Assembly (NCBI GenBank): GCA_046582655.1
Contig: JAYGDX010000322.1
Coordinates: 1 to 60,804, forward strand
Origin: Candidatus Poribacteria bacterium
Lineage (GTDB): Bacteria; Poribacteria; WGA-4E; UBA9662
DNA: 60,804 nt
Reading direction: 5' to 3'
The notes beneath the pieces were generated by a model, which was given only the letters and a program-made list of their open reading frames with translations, ran no database searches and was not told the DNA's origin. The translations under genes and the position numbers were made by a program. This document shows, piece by piece, positions 30,292 to 40,836 of the stretch (position 1 is its first letter; the number at the start of each line of letters is the position of its first letter).

Positions 30292-30545
30292 GTGAATCTA
30301 TTCCTTATTTTTAAAGATGATATGTTTTCATGCCAGTTTTGCTCAATGCTGTGGAGTGCCAACCCACACCAGAATTCCTAGCTGCGTAAAAAGTTGGCTT
30401 AGACTCTTATATGCTTCTGTCAAGATACGGCATTATTGGAGATGCAATCGGTCCATCAGTTATTTTTACGCATATCCGCGTTCTGCCAGTTGACCGATAG
30501 TAGAATTCAACAGCACTGCTTTGGACTACAGAATTACTAACTATA

Positions 30546-30988
30546 TACAACGGAAAGAAAAAAGGGCATACGCTGCAAGCACAAGTAGTCATTAACCAAC
30601 AAACGTTGCAAATCATTATCATTGTTTTCAGTTGTGGAAGGAAACGTGACTTTCAGTTATTCAAAGACAACCAAATAGCAATTAATAGCCAAATTCGTTG
30701 CCTAGTTGATTCAGGTTACCAAAGCTTAACTAAATTTGCATGCCAATAGCCTGCTACCAAAGAAGAAATCCAAACATCAGCCTTTGACGACAAGCCAGCA
30801 GGCAGCCAATACAAAATCGTCTCAGTATCGTATCTACGGTGAACACATGATTGGCAAACTAAAAGTATTTGGTATTCTGTTCCGACGTTATTGGAACCGC
30901 CGCCGGCATTTCGTCCTACGCTTTAATCTCGTTGCTTCTGCCTACAATTTGAAATTGGATCTCAAATCCTAAGTTATGCAAGAAGTCT
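30546..30988 (+). mobile_element. Degenerate IS5-family (ISL2/IS702-like) transposase 3' part with right terminal repeat
   Basis: YNGKKKGHTLQAQVV...RDFQLFK...CLVDSGYQ, then after a frameshift LPKKKSK..PLT...RIYGEHMIGKLKVFGIL..RYWNRRRHFVLRFNLVASAYN; followed by GTTATGCAAGAAGTCT (30973-30988), typical of this group's termini. Confidence 0.85.
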
Positions 30989-31079
30989 AATGATCAGACC
31001 GACGACAACTCGAATACCAAATTAGATCTGCACGCACGCACATCTTGGCATGCATTCTCAAATTTATTGAGAGATCAAC

Positions 31080-32282
31080 CTAGTCTTTTATGTCAGGCCG
31101 AGTATTCAGAATGTTCACCAAGGCTGATACAAATTTATCGATATCATCGTAACTGTTATAGAAGTGGGTTGAGATACGCAAAACTGGCGTGCTCCCAGCC
31201 TGAACGCTGGCCGACTCAATCTGGTAATCTTGCCATAAGTAACTGGCGACCTTGCCATGATCGATGCCCGGAATGGTAAAAGTGGTCATGAAACCCGACT
31301 GTTCAGTGTCAACGGGGATAGTCAGGTTGGCAGTACTAATCTTTTCCAGAACTTGTGATTTTAGGTAGGCAGCTAAACCCAGACAATAGGGGCGAATTTT
31401 TTCTGTCCAACCAATCCCCTCTTGAAAGTCGATGGCCGTGCCCAAACCGGCGAAGTGGGTCGAGTCCCTGGTGCCCGAAACGTCGAAACGAGCCGCACCG
31501 CCATGTTGGTTGAGACCAAACCCAAGTGTAGCTGGTCGCATACTCTCAAGCGATTCAGGAATATAGGCCATGCCGACCCCCTTGGGCGCTAACAACCACT
31601 TGTGACAACTACTAGTATAAAAATCACATTCAAAATCTGTAATATCAACCGGCACCATACCAACCGCGTGCGCACCATCTACGATAGCCAAGGCACCGTA
31701 ATCGTGAGCTAGACGACACAACGCTTTTACTGGCGTTACTAACCCACTACTGCAGTAAACGTGGCTGAAAACCATGATCTGCGTCCTACTACTGATACCC
31801 TGAGCAAAAGCGCCTACCACCTGATCAGGGTTTTCAGGTGGCGTCGGCAAGGAAACCGTTCGGATCTCCAATCCCTTTTCCCGTGCTATATATTCCCACA
31901 TCCTGATGACCGATCCGTACTCCTGATCGCTCATCAGGATCTCTTTACCATGTTCGAGTGACAAACCATGAACAGGGATATTCATGCCCATGGTCGTGTT
32001 GATGACTAGGGCAATGCGCTGTGGATCAGTCCCAACGAACAGTGCCAGTTTGCGCCTGCTCTCCTCTACAATTGGATTTAAGAGGGATCCCCCTTGGTTA
32101 TTGAGGGGGTCGGATTCGAGTTCTTGTAGCAGTGAGATGACATGCTCTATCACTGGTCGAGGGGACGGCCCAACAGTGCCACCTTGCAAATAGGTTACAT
32201 TGTCTTTCAAGTAAAACTGTTTTCTGATTGATCTCCAGAAAGCAATTTCATCTCCTGAAAGCGGGTGGGATGATACCGGCAT
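31080..32282 (-). CDS. Class V PLP-dependent aminotransferase (isopenicillin N epimerase / cysteine desulfurase-like)
   Basis: YLQGGTVGP, NTTMG, VDGAHAVG, SCHKWL (PLP lysine), GTRD, LRISTHFYN. Confidence 0.9.
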   Translation of the reverse strand: MPVSSHPLSGDEIAFWRSIRKQFYLKDNVTYLQGGTVGPSPRPVIEHVISLLQELESDPLNNQGGSLLNPIVEESRRKLALFVGTDPQRIALVINTTMGMNIPVHGLSLEHGKEILMSDQEYGSVIRMWEYIAREKGLEIRTVSLPTPPENPDQVVGAFAQGISSRTQIMVFSHVYCSSGLVTPVKALCRLAHDYGALAIVDGAHAVGMVPVDITDFECDFYTSSCHKWLLAPKGVGMAYIPESLESMRPATLGFGLNQHGGAARFDVSGTRDSTHFAGLGTAIDFQEGIGWTEKIRPYCLGLAAYLKSQVLEKISTANLTIPVDTEQSGFMTTFTIPGIDHGKVASYLWQDYQIESASVQAGSTPVLRISTHFYNSYDDIDKFVSALVNILNTRPDIKD

Positions 32283-32442
32283 ATGGCTATCTTTCTAACT
32301 AAAGTTCGACTGACACAATCAATGTTCATGATTTAAATTCTATTGCATCACACAATAGGCTGAATGAGATAGATTCAAAACGACACTCAGTCTGTCATGT
32401 TTGAGTCTGTACGAGAACAGTGGTTGCGCTACTGGTAGCGAT

Positions 32443-33258
32443 CTAACCAAACGCGCCTTTCTCATGCCTACCCAATAGCCTCTGTAACCGTTGATCCGCC
32501 CCGTCAAGGACGTGTTCAGGCATCTTGTAATCAATGAAGGGATAAAGTCGTTGAGCGATGATCCGTTGACTATAAGTAACGGCTGCGATCAGGCGATGTT
32601 GGTCTGTGCAACTAGGTGTTCCACGGTGCCAAATCTGGCTGTTGAACATATAGGCACCACCTGCCTTGGTGAATAGACTTATAGGTTTCTGACCGTTAAA
32701 CGTTGGATTGTCTTCAGACGGAGGCTTTCTACCTGAATAGTGGCTACTGGGAACGACCTGTGTCGGGCCATCTTCGAGAGTTTCAACATCAATCAAGGGA
32801 ACCAACACATTGATGACAAAACAGGGAAGTGGAATGCGAGGATCGTGACAAGGAACATTGTCCGGCAACGGAAAGTGGAGTCGGTCATCAATATGCCACC
32901 CACCTGCTTGCCCCGGGGGGTAACGCAGTGAATTTTGGGACATCATGTGGCAATCCTGACCTAAAATGTCCTCCGCTAAGCTGGCAAACGGTTCATGCAC
33001 AATCAAGTCGCGAAAGGCGTGGTCGTACTCGTACATCCGCATCAGGCTAATCCCGCGAATGTGATCGCCTTCTTTCTCGTGCATACGTGGGTCGTTGTAC
33101 TTTCGCTCTATCACTGATTTGAGCGTAGATACCTCATGATAAGTTAAAACCTGACCAAGAAAATAGTACCCGTCACGGTTGAACTGATCGACAATTCGCT
33201 GCCTTTCCTCTGTTGCAAAGGGTATGTTGTACTGAGTGTCATTCATTTGTTTTCTCAT
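32443..33258 (-). CDS. Phytanoyl-CoA dioxygenase (PhyH) family Fe(II)/2OG enzyme
   Basis: FNRDGY, WHID (HxD), GPTQVVPSSH, WHRG. Confidence 0.88.
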   Translation of the reverse strand: MRKQMNDTQYNIPFATEERQRIVDQFNRDGYYFLGQVLTYHEVSTLKSVIERKYNDPRMHEKEGDHIRGISLMRMYEYDHAFRDLIVHEPFASLAEDILGQDCHMMSQNSLRYPPGQAGGWHIDDRLHFPLPDNVPCHDPRIPLPCFVINVLVPLIDVETLEDGPTQVVPSSHYSGRKPPSEDNPTFNGQKPISLFTKAGGAYMFNSQIWHRGTPSCTDQHRLIAAVTYSQRIIAQRLYPFIDYKMPEHVLDGADQRLQRLLGRHEKGAFG

Positions 33259-33370
33259 TCATAAGCCCTTTCGAATGCAAGGAAACGCTCAATTTTGGTT
33301 TCAAGGCGAAACAGGTAAAATGACTCTCGGTCTATTCGTTTCCTATTTCAGATTTTCGGATTAAGTTCCT

Positions 33371-33399
33371 ACTATATCCAGCCTAACACTTCTTGTCAA
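33371..33399 (-). promoter_or_regulatory. sigma70-type promoter for the PhyH gene
   Basis: Minus strand TTGACA-17 nt-TATAGT. Confidence 0.65.
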
Positions 33400-33470
33400 G
33401 CATAGTTAGGAATACACCCGGCTTTTCAACATTAGAGATCTTCTAGCCAAGATCATTATTATGTCTTGAG

Positions 33471-33499
33471 TTGACGAAACTGATGAAATCTGCTATCCT
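33471..33499 (+). promoter_or_regulatory. sigma70-type promoter for the sulfatase
   Basis: TTGACG-17 nt-TATCCT with an extended -10 TG. Confidence 0.55.
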
Positions 33500-33528
33500 G
33501 ACTTAAGTCATAACCTCGAAAAACAGGA

Positions 33529-35025
33529 GTGAACTTGTCAACTCAACCGAATGTGCTGTTGGTCAGCACCGACCACTGGCCGGCTGCTCTTTTAGGAGTT
33601 ACCGGACACCCCGTTATTCAAACGCCAACTCTGGACGAACTGGCCCGTAGTGGAGTTCGATTCACCAATGCCTATGCTGAGTGTCCAGTCTGCATCCCTG
33701 CCCGTCGTACCCTTATGACTGGTGTCACACCACGAATTCATGGCGATCGCGTTTTTAAGGATACTTTACCTATGCCCAATTTCCCAACTATGGCACAGAC
33801 TTTTTGCGAGGCAGGTTACCAAACTTATGCCGTTGGCAAGTTGCATGTCTATCCACAACGTGACCGCATCGGTTTTGATGATGTTATTCTGGATGAAGAG
33901 GGGCGATTGCAATATGGCGTTGTTGACGACTATGAATTGTTCCTTGGTGATCAGGGATACGCTGGACGCCAATTCGATCACGGTATGAGTAACAATCAGT
34001 ATAGTAGTCGTGCTTGGCATCTTCCAGAAGAAACGCACGCCACCAACTGGGCAACACAGCAAATGGCCAGGACAATCAAGCGTCGTGATCCAACGCAACC
34101 CGCTTTCTGGTACCTTTCCTACCGTCATCCGCATCCACCTCTCGTTCCCTTACAAACGTATCTAGACCTTTACCAACATATCTCTATTAATACACCCTAC
34201 CTTGGTAAGTGGACTGCCAGTTCAGAAGATGCAACTTATAGTTTGCGAGCTAACTATAACCGCGGTGCCAAGATAAACACCGATCAATCACTTGCTATTC
34301 GCCGAGCTTTCTACGCACTTTGTACCCATATCGACCATCAACTGCGTATCGTCATTGGCACCCTCCGCGAAGAAGGTTTGCTCAATAATACGATTATATG
34401 TTTTACCTCGGATCACGGCGATATGCTCGGCAATCATAACATGTGGGCCAAACGTCTCTTCTACGAATACTCAGCTAATATTCCAATGATTTTGGTCGGA
34501 GGATCTAGTGACAAACAAATCGGTTATAATCGGGTTGACGACCGTTTGGTCGGTTGGCAGGATGTGATGCCGACCCTGCTGGATATGGCAAATATCGATA
34601 TTCCTGAAACAGTTGAAGGGCTTTCAATGGTTGGCAATCAGAAACGGGACTGGTTCTATGCAGAGGTCGGTGAAGATAATCATGCAACGCGTATGATTCA
34701 TGATGGCCGTTACAAGCTGATTTACTACCCAGTTGGAAATTGCAGCCAGCTTTTTGATCTACAAGCCGATCCTAATGAATTAGACAATCTGGCGACAGAT
34801 CCAAAACACACCGCCACCCTGAAACAACTAATGGATCTACTGATTGATCAACTGTATGGCGGGGATGAAACTTGGGTTCGGAATGGACAACTCGTTGGTT
34901 TGCCTGACAAAGAATTTGTTCCCGGACCTAACAAGGGATTATCAAGTCAACGTGGTCATCACTGGCCACCACCACCCCAGACTGATATGCCACAGATAGA
35001 ATGGTTCTCTGAAAGTAAGCACTAA
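33529..35025 (+). CDS. Formylglycine-dependent sulfatase (choline-sulfatase-like)
   Basis: PNVLLVSTDH, CIPARRTLMTG (CxPxR), GKLH, HPHPP, SDHGD. Confidence 0.92.
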   Translation: MNLSTQPNVLLVSTDHWPAALLGVTGHPVIQTPTLDELARSGVRFTNAYAECPVCIPARRTLMTGVTPRIHGDRVFKDTLPMPNFPTMAQTFCEAGYQTYAVGKLHVYPQRDRIGFDDVILDEEGRLQYGVVDDYELFLGDQGYAGRQFDHGMSNNQYSSRAWHLPEETHATNWATQQMARTIKRRDPTQPAFWYLSYRHPHPPLVPLQTYLDLYQHISINTPYLGKWTASSEDATYSLRANYNRGAKINTDQSLAIRRAFYALCTHIDHQLRIVIGTLREEGLLNNTIICFTSDHGDMLGNHNMWAKRLFYEYSANIPMILVGGSSDKQIGYNRVDDRLVGWQDVMPTLLDMANIDIPETVEGLSMVGNQKRDWFYAEVGEDNHATRMIHDGRYKLIYYPVGNCSQLFDLQADPNELDNLATDPKHTATLKQLMDLLIDQLYGGDETWVRNGQLVGLPDKEFVPGPNKGLSSQRGHHWPPPPQTDMPQIEWFSESKH

Positions 35026-35085
35026 GTTTTCTGCGTGGATGTGGGATATTTTAAGGCGAGAGAAAATTCGTAGATTACTGACTGA

Positions 35086-35988
35086 TTATTTTTTCAGCTT
35101 CCGTTGAAGCGCCTTTATCTCGTTTTTTGTTTCTACCGCTTTATAGCTGTTTTGGGCCGTAACTTTCTTTAAGGATTCCAGAGCTTCTGCTGGTTGTCCC
35201 AAAGTTTTGTAACAAATTCCTATCCAAAAATATGAGTTGCCTATAATATAACGATGAGAAACACTCGTTTGCGTAAGGATACTGAAAGCCGCTAAAGCTT
35301 CTGTGTACTTCCCATTCGCCCTTAATTCCTGTGCTTGGTTGTATTTTTCAACCAGGTCTTCTTTTGTATTCGGTACATCTGACTTCCGTTCTGCCGGTGT
35401 GGATTCGGCAGCAAATTTAGGTGCAATCTGTTCTGATCCTTTATCCAATCCTTCGATGGCCTGATCAGCCACTTTTGGCGCTGTCACGTTCGTTGTGGCA
35501 TTCTGTTGACCTGTAACAGCTACCTGACTTTCAATGACCTGTGCGGATTTCTCTTCAATAACTTGTTCAATTTCTTTGGTTTTACCTTCAATCACTTCAG
35601 TCTTATTTACAATCACTTCAGTCTTATTTGCCAACGTCTTTAATTGAAATAAGACATAAATAATTAATGCGACGACTATCAGAAAAGTGGCCAACCGAGC
35701 AATACTTCGAACCCCACCCAACAGAGGCTTCGGATAGGAAGCCTCTAGGCAAGCAGACGCGGTCGCGTTATATGGGTCGATTTTGAGAGCCTTAAGCCAG
35801 TATTCTCTTGCCCTTTTGACATCACCATCCTGAATATGAATCTTACCAAGAAGACTGTAGGCGTTTACGTAATTCGGATCGATCTCCACAGATTTCAGGA
35901 GCGGCTGAATGGCCTCAGTATACCGCTCCTGCTTGGCAAAATTCAGCCCCTCATTGTATAACTTGACGGCTTCCTCACGAACCGACAT
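35086..35988 (-). CDS. Bitopic TPR protein (N-terminal TPRs, TM helix, C-terminal CpoB/YbgF-like TPR)
   Basis: TPRs (AYSLLGKIHIQ), TM segment LATFLIVVALIIYVLF, linker, YNQAQELRANGKYTEAL...GNSYFWIGICY. Confidence 0.75.
   Translation of the reverse strand: MSVREEAVKLYNEGLNFAKQERYTEAIQPLLKSVEIDPNYVNAYSLLGKIHIQDGDVKRAREYWLKALKIDPYNATASACLEASYPKPLLGGVRSIARLATFLIVVALIIYVLFQLKTLANKTEVIVNKTEVIEGKTKEIEQVIEEKSAQVIESQVAVTGQQNATTNVTAPKVADQAIEGLDKGSEQIAPKFAAESTPAERKSDVPNTKEDLVEKYNQAQELRANGKYTEALAAFSILTQTSVSHRYIIGNSYFWIGICYKTLGQPAEALESLKKVTAQNSYKAVETKNEIKALQRKLKK
35589..35629. repeat. 21-bp-period tandem duplication inside the TPR gene (NKTEVI x2)
   Basis: CAATCACTTCAGTCTTATTT at 35589-35608 and 35610-35629; in frame. 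Confidence 0.85.
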
Positions 35989-36108
35989 TGGTTTTCCCCC
36001 TAGGCGTTAAACTTCTAGATTTTCAAATTTGCCTGCATTTCTGTAGATCTGTCAAGTAACTTCCACTTCACCTAACGTTACTAAGCATAAAAGGTTATCA
36101 GTAATTGT

Positions 36109-38277
36109 TTACGATTTCTGATCAGGCTGCGAGTCAAACTCTGAATAGAGTTCCTTATAAGTATAATAGCTATCAATAACCTTCTTAATGTGTCGCCGGG
36201 TTTCGTCAATCGGAATATCCTCGATGAATTCTTCTATGTCCGTTGCTTTCATCTCTTTTTGCCACCTTTTTATTCGGTTGACACCTCCATTATACGCGCC
36301 TGAAGCCAACTCCATACTGTTTTCGAATTGATCCATCAGGTTTTTCATATACCATGTTCCTAACCGGATGTTCACTGCAGGCAGAAAAAGCATTTCTCGG
36401 TGAAATGGTCTCATTTTGATCTGTTTAGCAATATACCTGCCTGTTTGAGGCATAATCTGCATCAACCCACAAGCGCCAGCAGGTGAAATAATCGATGGGT
36501 TGTAACGACTTTCCTCTCGAATCATGGAAGAAACAAAGAAGGGATCAATTTTGTACTCTGCTGCATATTCTGCGATCTGATCTTTGTAGTGGAGAGGGTA
36601 AAGCATTCGGAGGAGTCCCTCTGGTATTTTATCCCTACTTTGAGGTTCCCAGAACTTTGAAAGGATCTCAGCATAATAGTGTGCCTTCTTGAAGTCTTCC
36701 AGTCTCTGATAACAAACAATCAGATTATAGTAATCGTCCCGCCGATTTGATTTCTTGATTTTTATAACCGTTTTTAATTCAGTGACAGCGTCTACATAAA
36801 GCCTGAGGTACATTAGCCTTTCAACACGTGTTGTTTTGTCCATGCCAATGTTTTCCCAATCCTTTTTTTCAGAAGCTCTCTGGTTGGGAACTGAATTGAT
36901 GTTAGTTCTACTTTCGATCCGATGGCCTGCCAAATTGCCGTAGTACCACTTATCGGATTCGCGGATTTTTTGGTAGTTGTGTTTCGCTTTTCCCCAATTT
37001 TTTTGTTTCTCATGAACTTTGGCAATCCAGTAATCCGCAGCAAGTGCCCATCCACTGTTTGGAAAAAGACTAACGAGTTTCTGAAAAATGGTGATGCTGT
37101 CACCATATTGTTTGGCCTTAAACCGTATCCAGCCGATTCGCCAATAGGCACGAGGAACCAATTCACTATATCGATATAGCCCAATCATCTTTTGGTATAA
37201 TTTGACAGCTGTTTTTGCATCAGAATCGACTTCGTACAGACGTGCCTGGTGGTAAAGTGCGTCATCAGCAAACTTACTCCAATGGTATTTCCTTGCGAAC
37301 GAATTGAAGTGCTTTCTAGCAGTTTGGTGCTGATTTAACCGTCGATGGCAACGGCCGATTTGGTAAAGTGCGCTGGTGAAATATCCAGGTCCAGCCATAT
37401 AATCCTTTATTTTCTGAAACTCCGTAATTGCACGACTATATTTACGCTGACGGAAGTAGGTTTTTCCAATTTGATAAAAGGCTTGCGTAGTGAGCTCATC
37501 TTGATAGCCCTTAACCACTTTACGGTATTTCTTCAGAGCGCCTGTCAGCCGTAAGTTGTTGTACAGAACCCCTCCTTGATCCATCAGCTGTTTGCGAGTA
37601 ACTCTTAGCTCAGCAGATTTTAGAACACTTTTTTCCAATCGATTTAATGACGCAAACGCTATTTGGTCAGATGTATTCCTTGAGATTAGTTTATCGTAAA
37701 GAGCTTTGGCTTTTTGCCAGTCTTGAAGATCTTCATAAATCCTTGCCATCTTGAAGGTCGCCTCTCTAATATAGCTACCTCCCTTTTCGTTTGCTAAATC
37801 AGCAAAAAATTGGATAGATTTCTGATAATGCTTCTGTTCCCAATGGACCACGGCAATCTGAAATTTTGCCTCGGAAAAATGAGGGCTGTTTGGATAATGA
37901 TTAACAAGCCTTTGATAATATTTAACAGATTTTTCATAATCTTCAAGAATTTGATAACATCTGGCAAGATGGTATGTTGAGTAATCGCTTAATGCGTACT
38001 CAGTGGATATGGCTTGATTGTAATATTTGGCTGCCTCCTCCCATACCTCTTCTCTGGCGTAGCAGTTGGCAATAACATGTTTCATCTCAGGACTATTATC
38101 CTCAATCTTAATTAATATCTGCAGCGCATCAGCGTAATTCCCATCGTCAATCAAGGTCAATGCATCCGCAAAAGATTGATCCTGTTTATCATCGGAAAAA
38201 ATAATATTCGCAGGTACAAAGGTTATTAGGACAAATACCAAGAAGAGGAAGAAAGAGATTTTCTTTGCCATTTTCAA
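36109..38277 (-). CDS. Soluble lytic murein transglycosylase (Slt70-like, TPR + SLT domain)
   Basis: Signal peptide, many TPRs, IREESRYNP, SPAGACGLMQIMP, NIRLGTWY, AYNGG, ETRRHIKKV. Confidence 0.92.
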   Translation of the reverse strand: MKMAKKISFFLFLVFVLITFVPANIIFSDDKQDQSFADALTLIDDGNYADALQILIKIEDNSPEMKHVIANCYAREEVWEEAAKYYNQAISTEYALSDYSTYHLARCYQILEDYEKSVKYYQRLVNHYPNSPHFSEAKFQIAVVHWEQKHYQKSIQFFADLANEKGGSYIREATFKMARIYEDLQDWQKAKALYDKLISRNTSDQIAFASLNRLEKSVLKSAELRVTRKQLMDQGGVLYNNLRLTGALKKYRKVVKGYQDELTTQAFYQIGKTYFRQRKYSRAITEFQKIKDYMAGPGYFTSALYQIGRCHRRLNQHQTARKHFNSFARKYHWSKFADDALYHQARLYEVDSDAKTAVKLYQKMIGLYRYSELVPRAYWRIGWIRFKAKQYGDSITIFQKLVSLFPNSGWALAADYWIAKVHEKQKNWGKAKHNYQKIRESDKWYYGNLAGHRIESRTNINSVPNQRASEKKDWENIGMDKTTRVERLMYLRLYVDAVTELKTVIKIKKSNRRDDYYNLIVCYQRLEDFKKAHYYAEILSKFWEPQSRDKIPEGLLRMLYPLHYKDQIAEYAAEYKIDPFFVSSMIREESRYNPSIISPAGACGLMQIMPQTGRYIAKQIKMRPFHREMLFLPAVNIRLGTWYMKNLMDQFENSMELASGAYNGGVNRIKRWQKEMKATDIEEFIEDIPIDETRRHIKKVIDSYYTYKELYSEFDSQPDQKS

Positions 38278-38352
38278 CTCGAAAAACCAGCAAAATCATT
38301 AACAATTTTAGCGCCATGACGGATGCCGTATCCGAAGGCCAATTTCTCAGCA

Positions 38353-38381
38353 ATAATACATATCTAACCAGTGTTTGTCAA
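38353..38381 (-). promoter_or_regulatory. sigma70-type promoter for slt
   Basis: Minus strand TTGACA-17 nt-TATTAT. Confidence 0.6.
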
Positions 38382-38440
38382 TTAAAATTGGACGTAAAAA
38401 CATATCTTAATCGCCCAAAATAAATCCATATGCTGCTTGA

Positions 38441-38469
38441 TTGACAATAGAGATGTGTCATGCTATAAT
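38441..38469 (+). promoter_or_regulatory. Perfect consensus sigma70 promoter for the Gfo-isomerase-dehydrogenase operon
   Basis: TTGACA (38441-38446), 17 nt, TATAAT (38464-38469), with an extended -10 TG. Confidence 0.85.
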
Positions 38470-38526
38470 CAGCCATTACCAGATGGAAGTAATCTGTAAA
38501 TATGTAGTTGCGGAGAAAGCTAAAGA

Positions 38527-39699
38527 ATGGTACTTGGAAGGAGAATCCGCTACGGTATGGTTGGTGGCGGACCTGGGGCTTTTATTGGTGCCGTACATCG
38601 GAAGGCTGCGGCACTTGATGGGGAAATTGAGTTGGTTGCGGGAGCATTCTCGTCTGATCCAGAAAAATCTCGTCAGCAAGGCGAAGAACTTCTTTTAGAT
38701 TCGAGTCGAGTATATAACTCGTATCAGGAGATGGCGGAGCAGGAAAGCCGTCTTTTGGAAGGAGAACGAATCGATTTTGTATCAATCGTCACGCCTAACC
38801 ACGTCCATTTCCAGGTAGCAAAGGCTTTCATTGAAGCTGGGTTCCATGTGGTCTGCGATAAGCCTATGACAAATACTGTAGAAGATGCAGAGTCACTCTG
38901 TAAACTTGTATCAAAACATGATACCGTTTTTGCCTTAACTCATAATTACACTGGTTATCCAATGGTTAAACAAGCACGTGAGCTTGTTAGGAATGGAGAA
39001 CTGGGTGATATTCGGAAGGTTGTTGTCGAATACCCGCAGGGTTGGTTAGCCACCCTACTAGAAGCCGAAGGAGCCAAACAAGCGGTCTGGCGGACGGATC
39101 CGAATCAGGCAGGTGTATCGTCGTGTATTGCTGATATCGGATCACATGCAGAAAACCTAGCGCGTTATATTACCGAGCTAGAGATTGAAGAAATTTGTGC
39201 GGATCTAACAACCTTTGTCCCTGGCCGTCAGCTTGAGGATGATGGAAACCTTCTGGTTCACTACAAAGGTGGGGCGCGTGGAATCCTTTATGCTTCACAG
39301 ATTTCAGTCGGTGAGGAAAACGATATTAACATCCGTATTTACGGTACCAAGGCTTCTCTCAGGTGGCGACAAGAAAATCCAAATTACTTGTCTGTCAAAT
39401 ATCCAGATGGTCCAGAGCAAGTATATAAACGGGGAAATGACTACTTGGCAGAGATTGCTGTCCACAATTCACGGATTCCTTTCGGTCATCCGGAAGCATT
39501 TATCGAGGCCTTCGCTAACATATACGTCAATGCGACACGTACTATGGCAGCTAAGATTGCCGACCAAGATCTCGGTGAATTTGACACCGATTTTCCGACG
39601 GTTCAGGACGGTGCCATTGGTGTGCATTTCATTCATAAAGCTGTCGAGAGCGGAAACGCACGTGCTTGGATTGACGCAAGTTATACACCACCGCAATAA
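38527..39699 (+). CDS. Gfo/Idh/MocA family oxidoreductase
   Basis: [50 protein letters not shown]. Confidence 0.92.
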   Translation: MVLGRRIRYGMVGGGPGAFIGAVHRKAAALDGEIELVAGAFSSDPEKSRQQGEELLLDSSRVYNSYQEMAEQESRLLEGERIDFVSIVTPNHVHFQVAKAFIEAGFHVVCDKPMTNTVEDAESLCKLVSKHDTVFALTHNYTGYPMVKQARELVRNGELGDIRKVVVEYPQGWLATLLEAEGAKQAVWRTDPNQAGVSSCIADIGSHAENLARYITELEIEEICADLTTFVPGRQLEDDGNLLVHYKGGARGILYASQISVGEENDINIRIYGTKASLRWRQENPNYLSVKYPDGPEQVYKRGNDYLAEIAVHNSRIPFGHPEAFIEAFANIYVNATRTMAAKIADQDLGEFDTDFPTVQDGAIGVHFIHKAVESGNARAWIDASYTPPQ

Positions 39700-39736
39700 A
39701 TTTCATTAATACAATTTAAGAAGAGGAGAAGACAAA

Positions 39737-40762
39737 ATGGCAAGACCTGTAACCCTATTCACTGGTCAGTGGGCAGATTTGGATTTTGATACAGCCTGCG
39801 AGAGAGCCAGCAGCTTCGGTTACGATGGTATTGAACTAGCCTGCTGGGGAGATCACTTTGAAATTGACAAAGCCCTATCCGATGATGGTTATATCAAGAC
39901 AAGATGGGATACTCTTGACAAACATGGACTTACAGCCTATTCGGTATCCAATCACTTAGTTGGTCAGGCAATTTGTGACAACATTGATGATCGGCACAAG
40001 GAAATTTTACCCGCAGACGTTTGGGGCGATGGAGATCCAGAAGGCGTTCGTCAGCGTGCAGCGCAAAAGATGATCGATGCAGCCAAGGCCTGTCGGCTGT
40101 TCATTGATGCTCGACCCGAAGGGGAAGAATTCCCCGCAGTCGTCAATGGCTTCACCGGCTCAAGTATCTGGCATTCTCTTTATGCTTTCCCACCAACGAG
40201 CCAGGATTACTGGAACAAGGGATTCGAAGATTTTGGCGGACGTTTTACTCCTATTCTAGATGCCTTTGACGAAGTCAATGTCAACTTTGGCCTTGAGGTG
40301 CATCCCACCGAAATCGCCTTCGACATTGCGTCATCCGAGCGGGCGATTGATGCTGTTAATGGTCATATACGATTTGGCTTTAACTATGATCCATCGCATC
40401 TTGGCTATCAGGGTGTCGATTATGTCAAGTTTATTCGTGTTTTCGTCGATCGAATTTATCACGTGCATATGAAGGACGTTTGGTGGGGGCATGGTGATGG
40501 CACAGTGGGTGTTTTTGGTGGTCATACCGATTTTACTGATCCGCGTCGCTACTGGGATTTTCGGTCTCTCGGACATGGTGATATTCAGTTTGAAGATATT
40601 ATTGTGGCACTAAACGATATCGGCTACAATGGACCTCTTTCAGTTGAATGGGAAGATGGCCGTATGGACCGTGAACATGGTGCAACAGAAGCTTGTGAAT
40701 TTGTTCGCAAAGTGGACTTCCCCACATCTAACATTGCTTTCGATGCTCAGTTTGCAGAGTAG
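39737..40762 (+). CDS. Sugar phosphate isomerase/epimerase (xylose isomerase-like TIM barrel)
   Basis: [40 protein letters not shown]. Confidence 0.92.
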   Translation: MARPVTLFTGQWADLDFDTACERASSFGYDGIELACWGDHFEIDKALSDDGYIKTRWDTLDKHGLTAYSVSNHLVGQAICDNIDDRHKEILPADVWGDGDPEGVRQRAAQKMIDAAKACRLFIDARPEGEEFPAVVNGFTGSSIWHSLYAFPPTSQDYWNKGFEDFGGRFTPILDAFDEVNVNFGLEVHPTEIAFDIASSERAIDAVNGHIRFGFNYDPSHLGYQGVDYVKFIRVFVDRIYHVHMKDVWWGHGDGTVGVFGGHTDFTDPRRYWDFRSLGHGDIQFEDIIVALNDIGYNGPLSVEWEDGRMDREHGATEACEFVRKVDFPTSNIAFDAQFAE

Positions 40763-40791
40763 ATCTCAATACAATTAACAGCTAACTTTGA

Positions 40792-40816
40792 GCGTATTAC
40801 GGTGGTTGTAATACGC
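40792..40816. other. Intercistronic hairpin (no U-tract)
   Basis: GCGTATTAC / GTAATACGC perfect 9-bp stem between the isomerase and dehydrogenase genes. Confidence 0.55.
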
Positions 40817-40836
40817 CCATTTCATGAAGAAATAAC

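Noticed and set aside
35589..35629. Regulatory or mobile repeat
   Set aside because: It is an in-frame 7-codon duplication inside a coiled-coil stalk.
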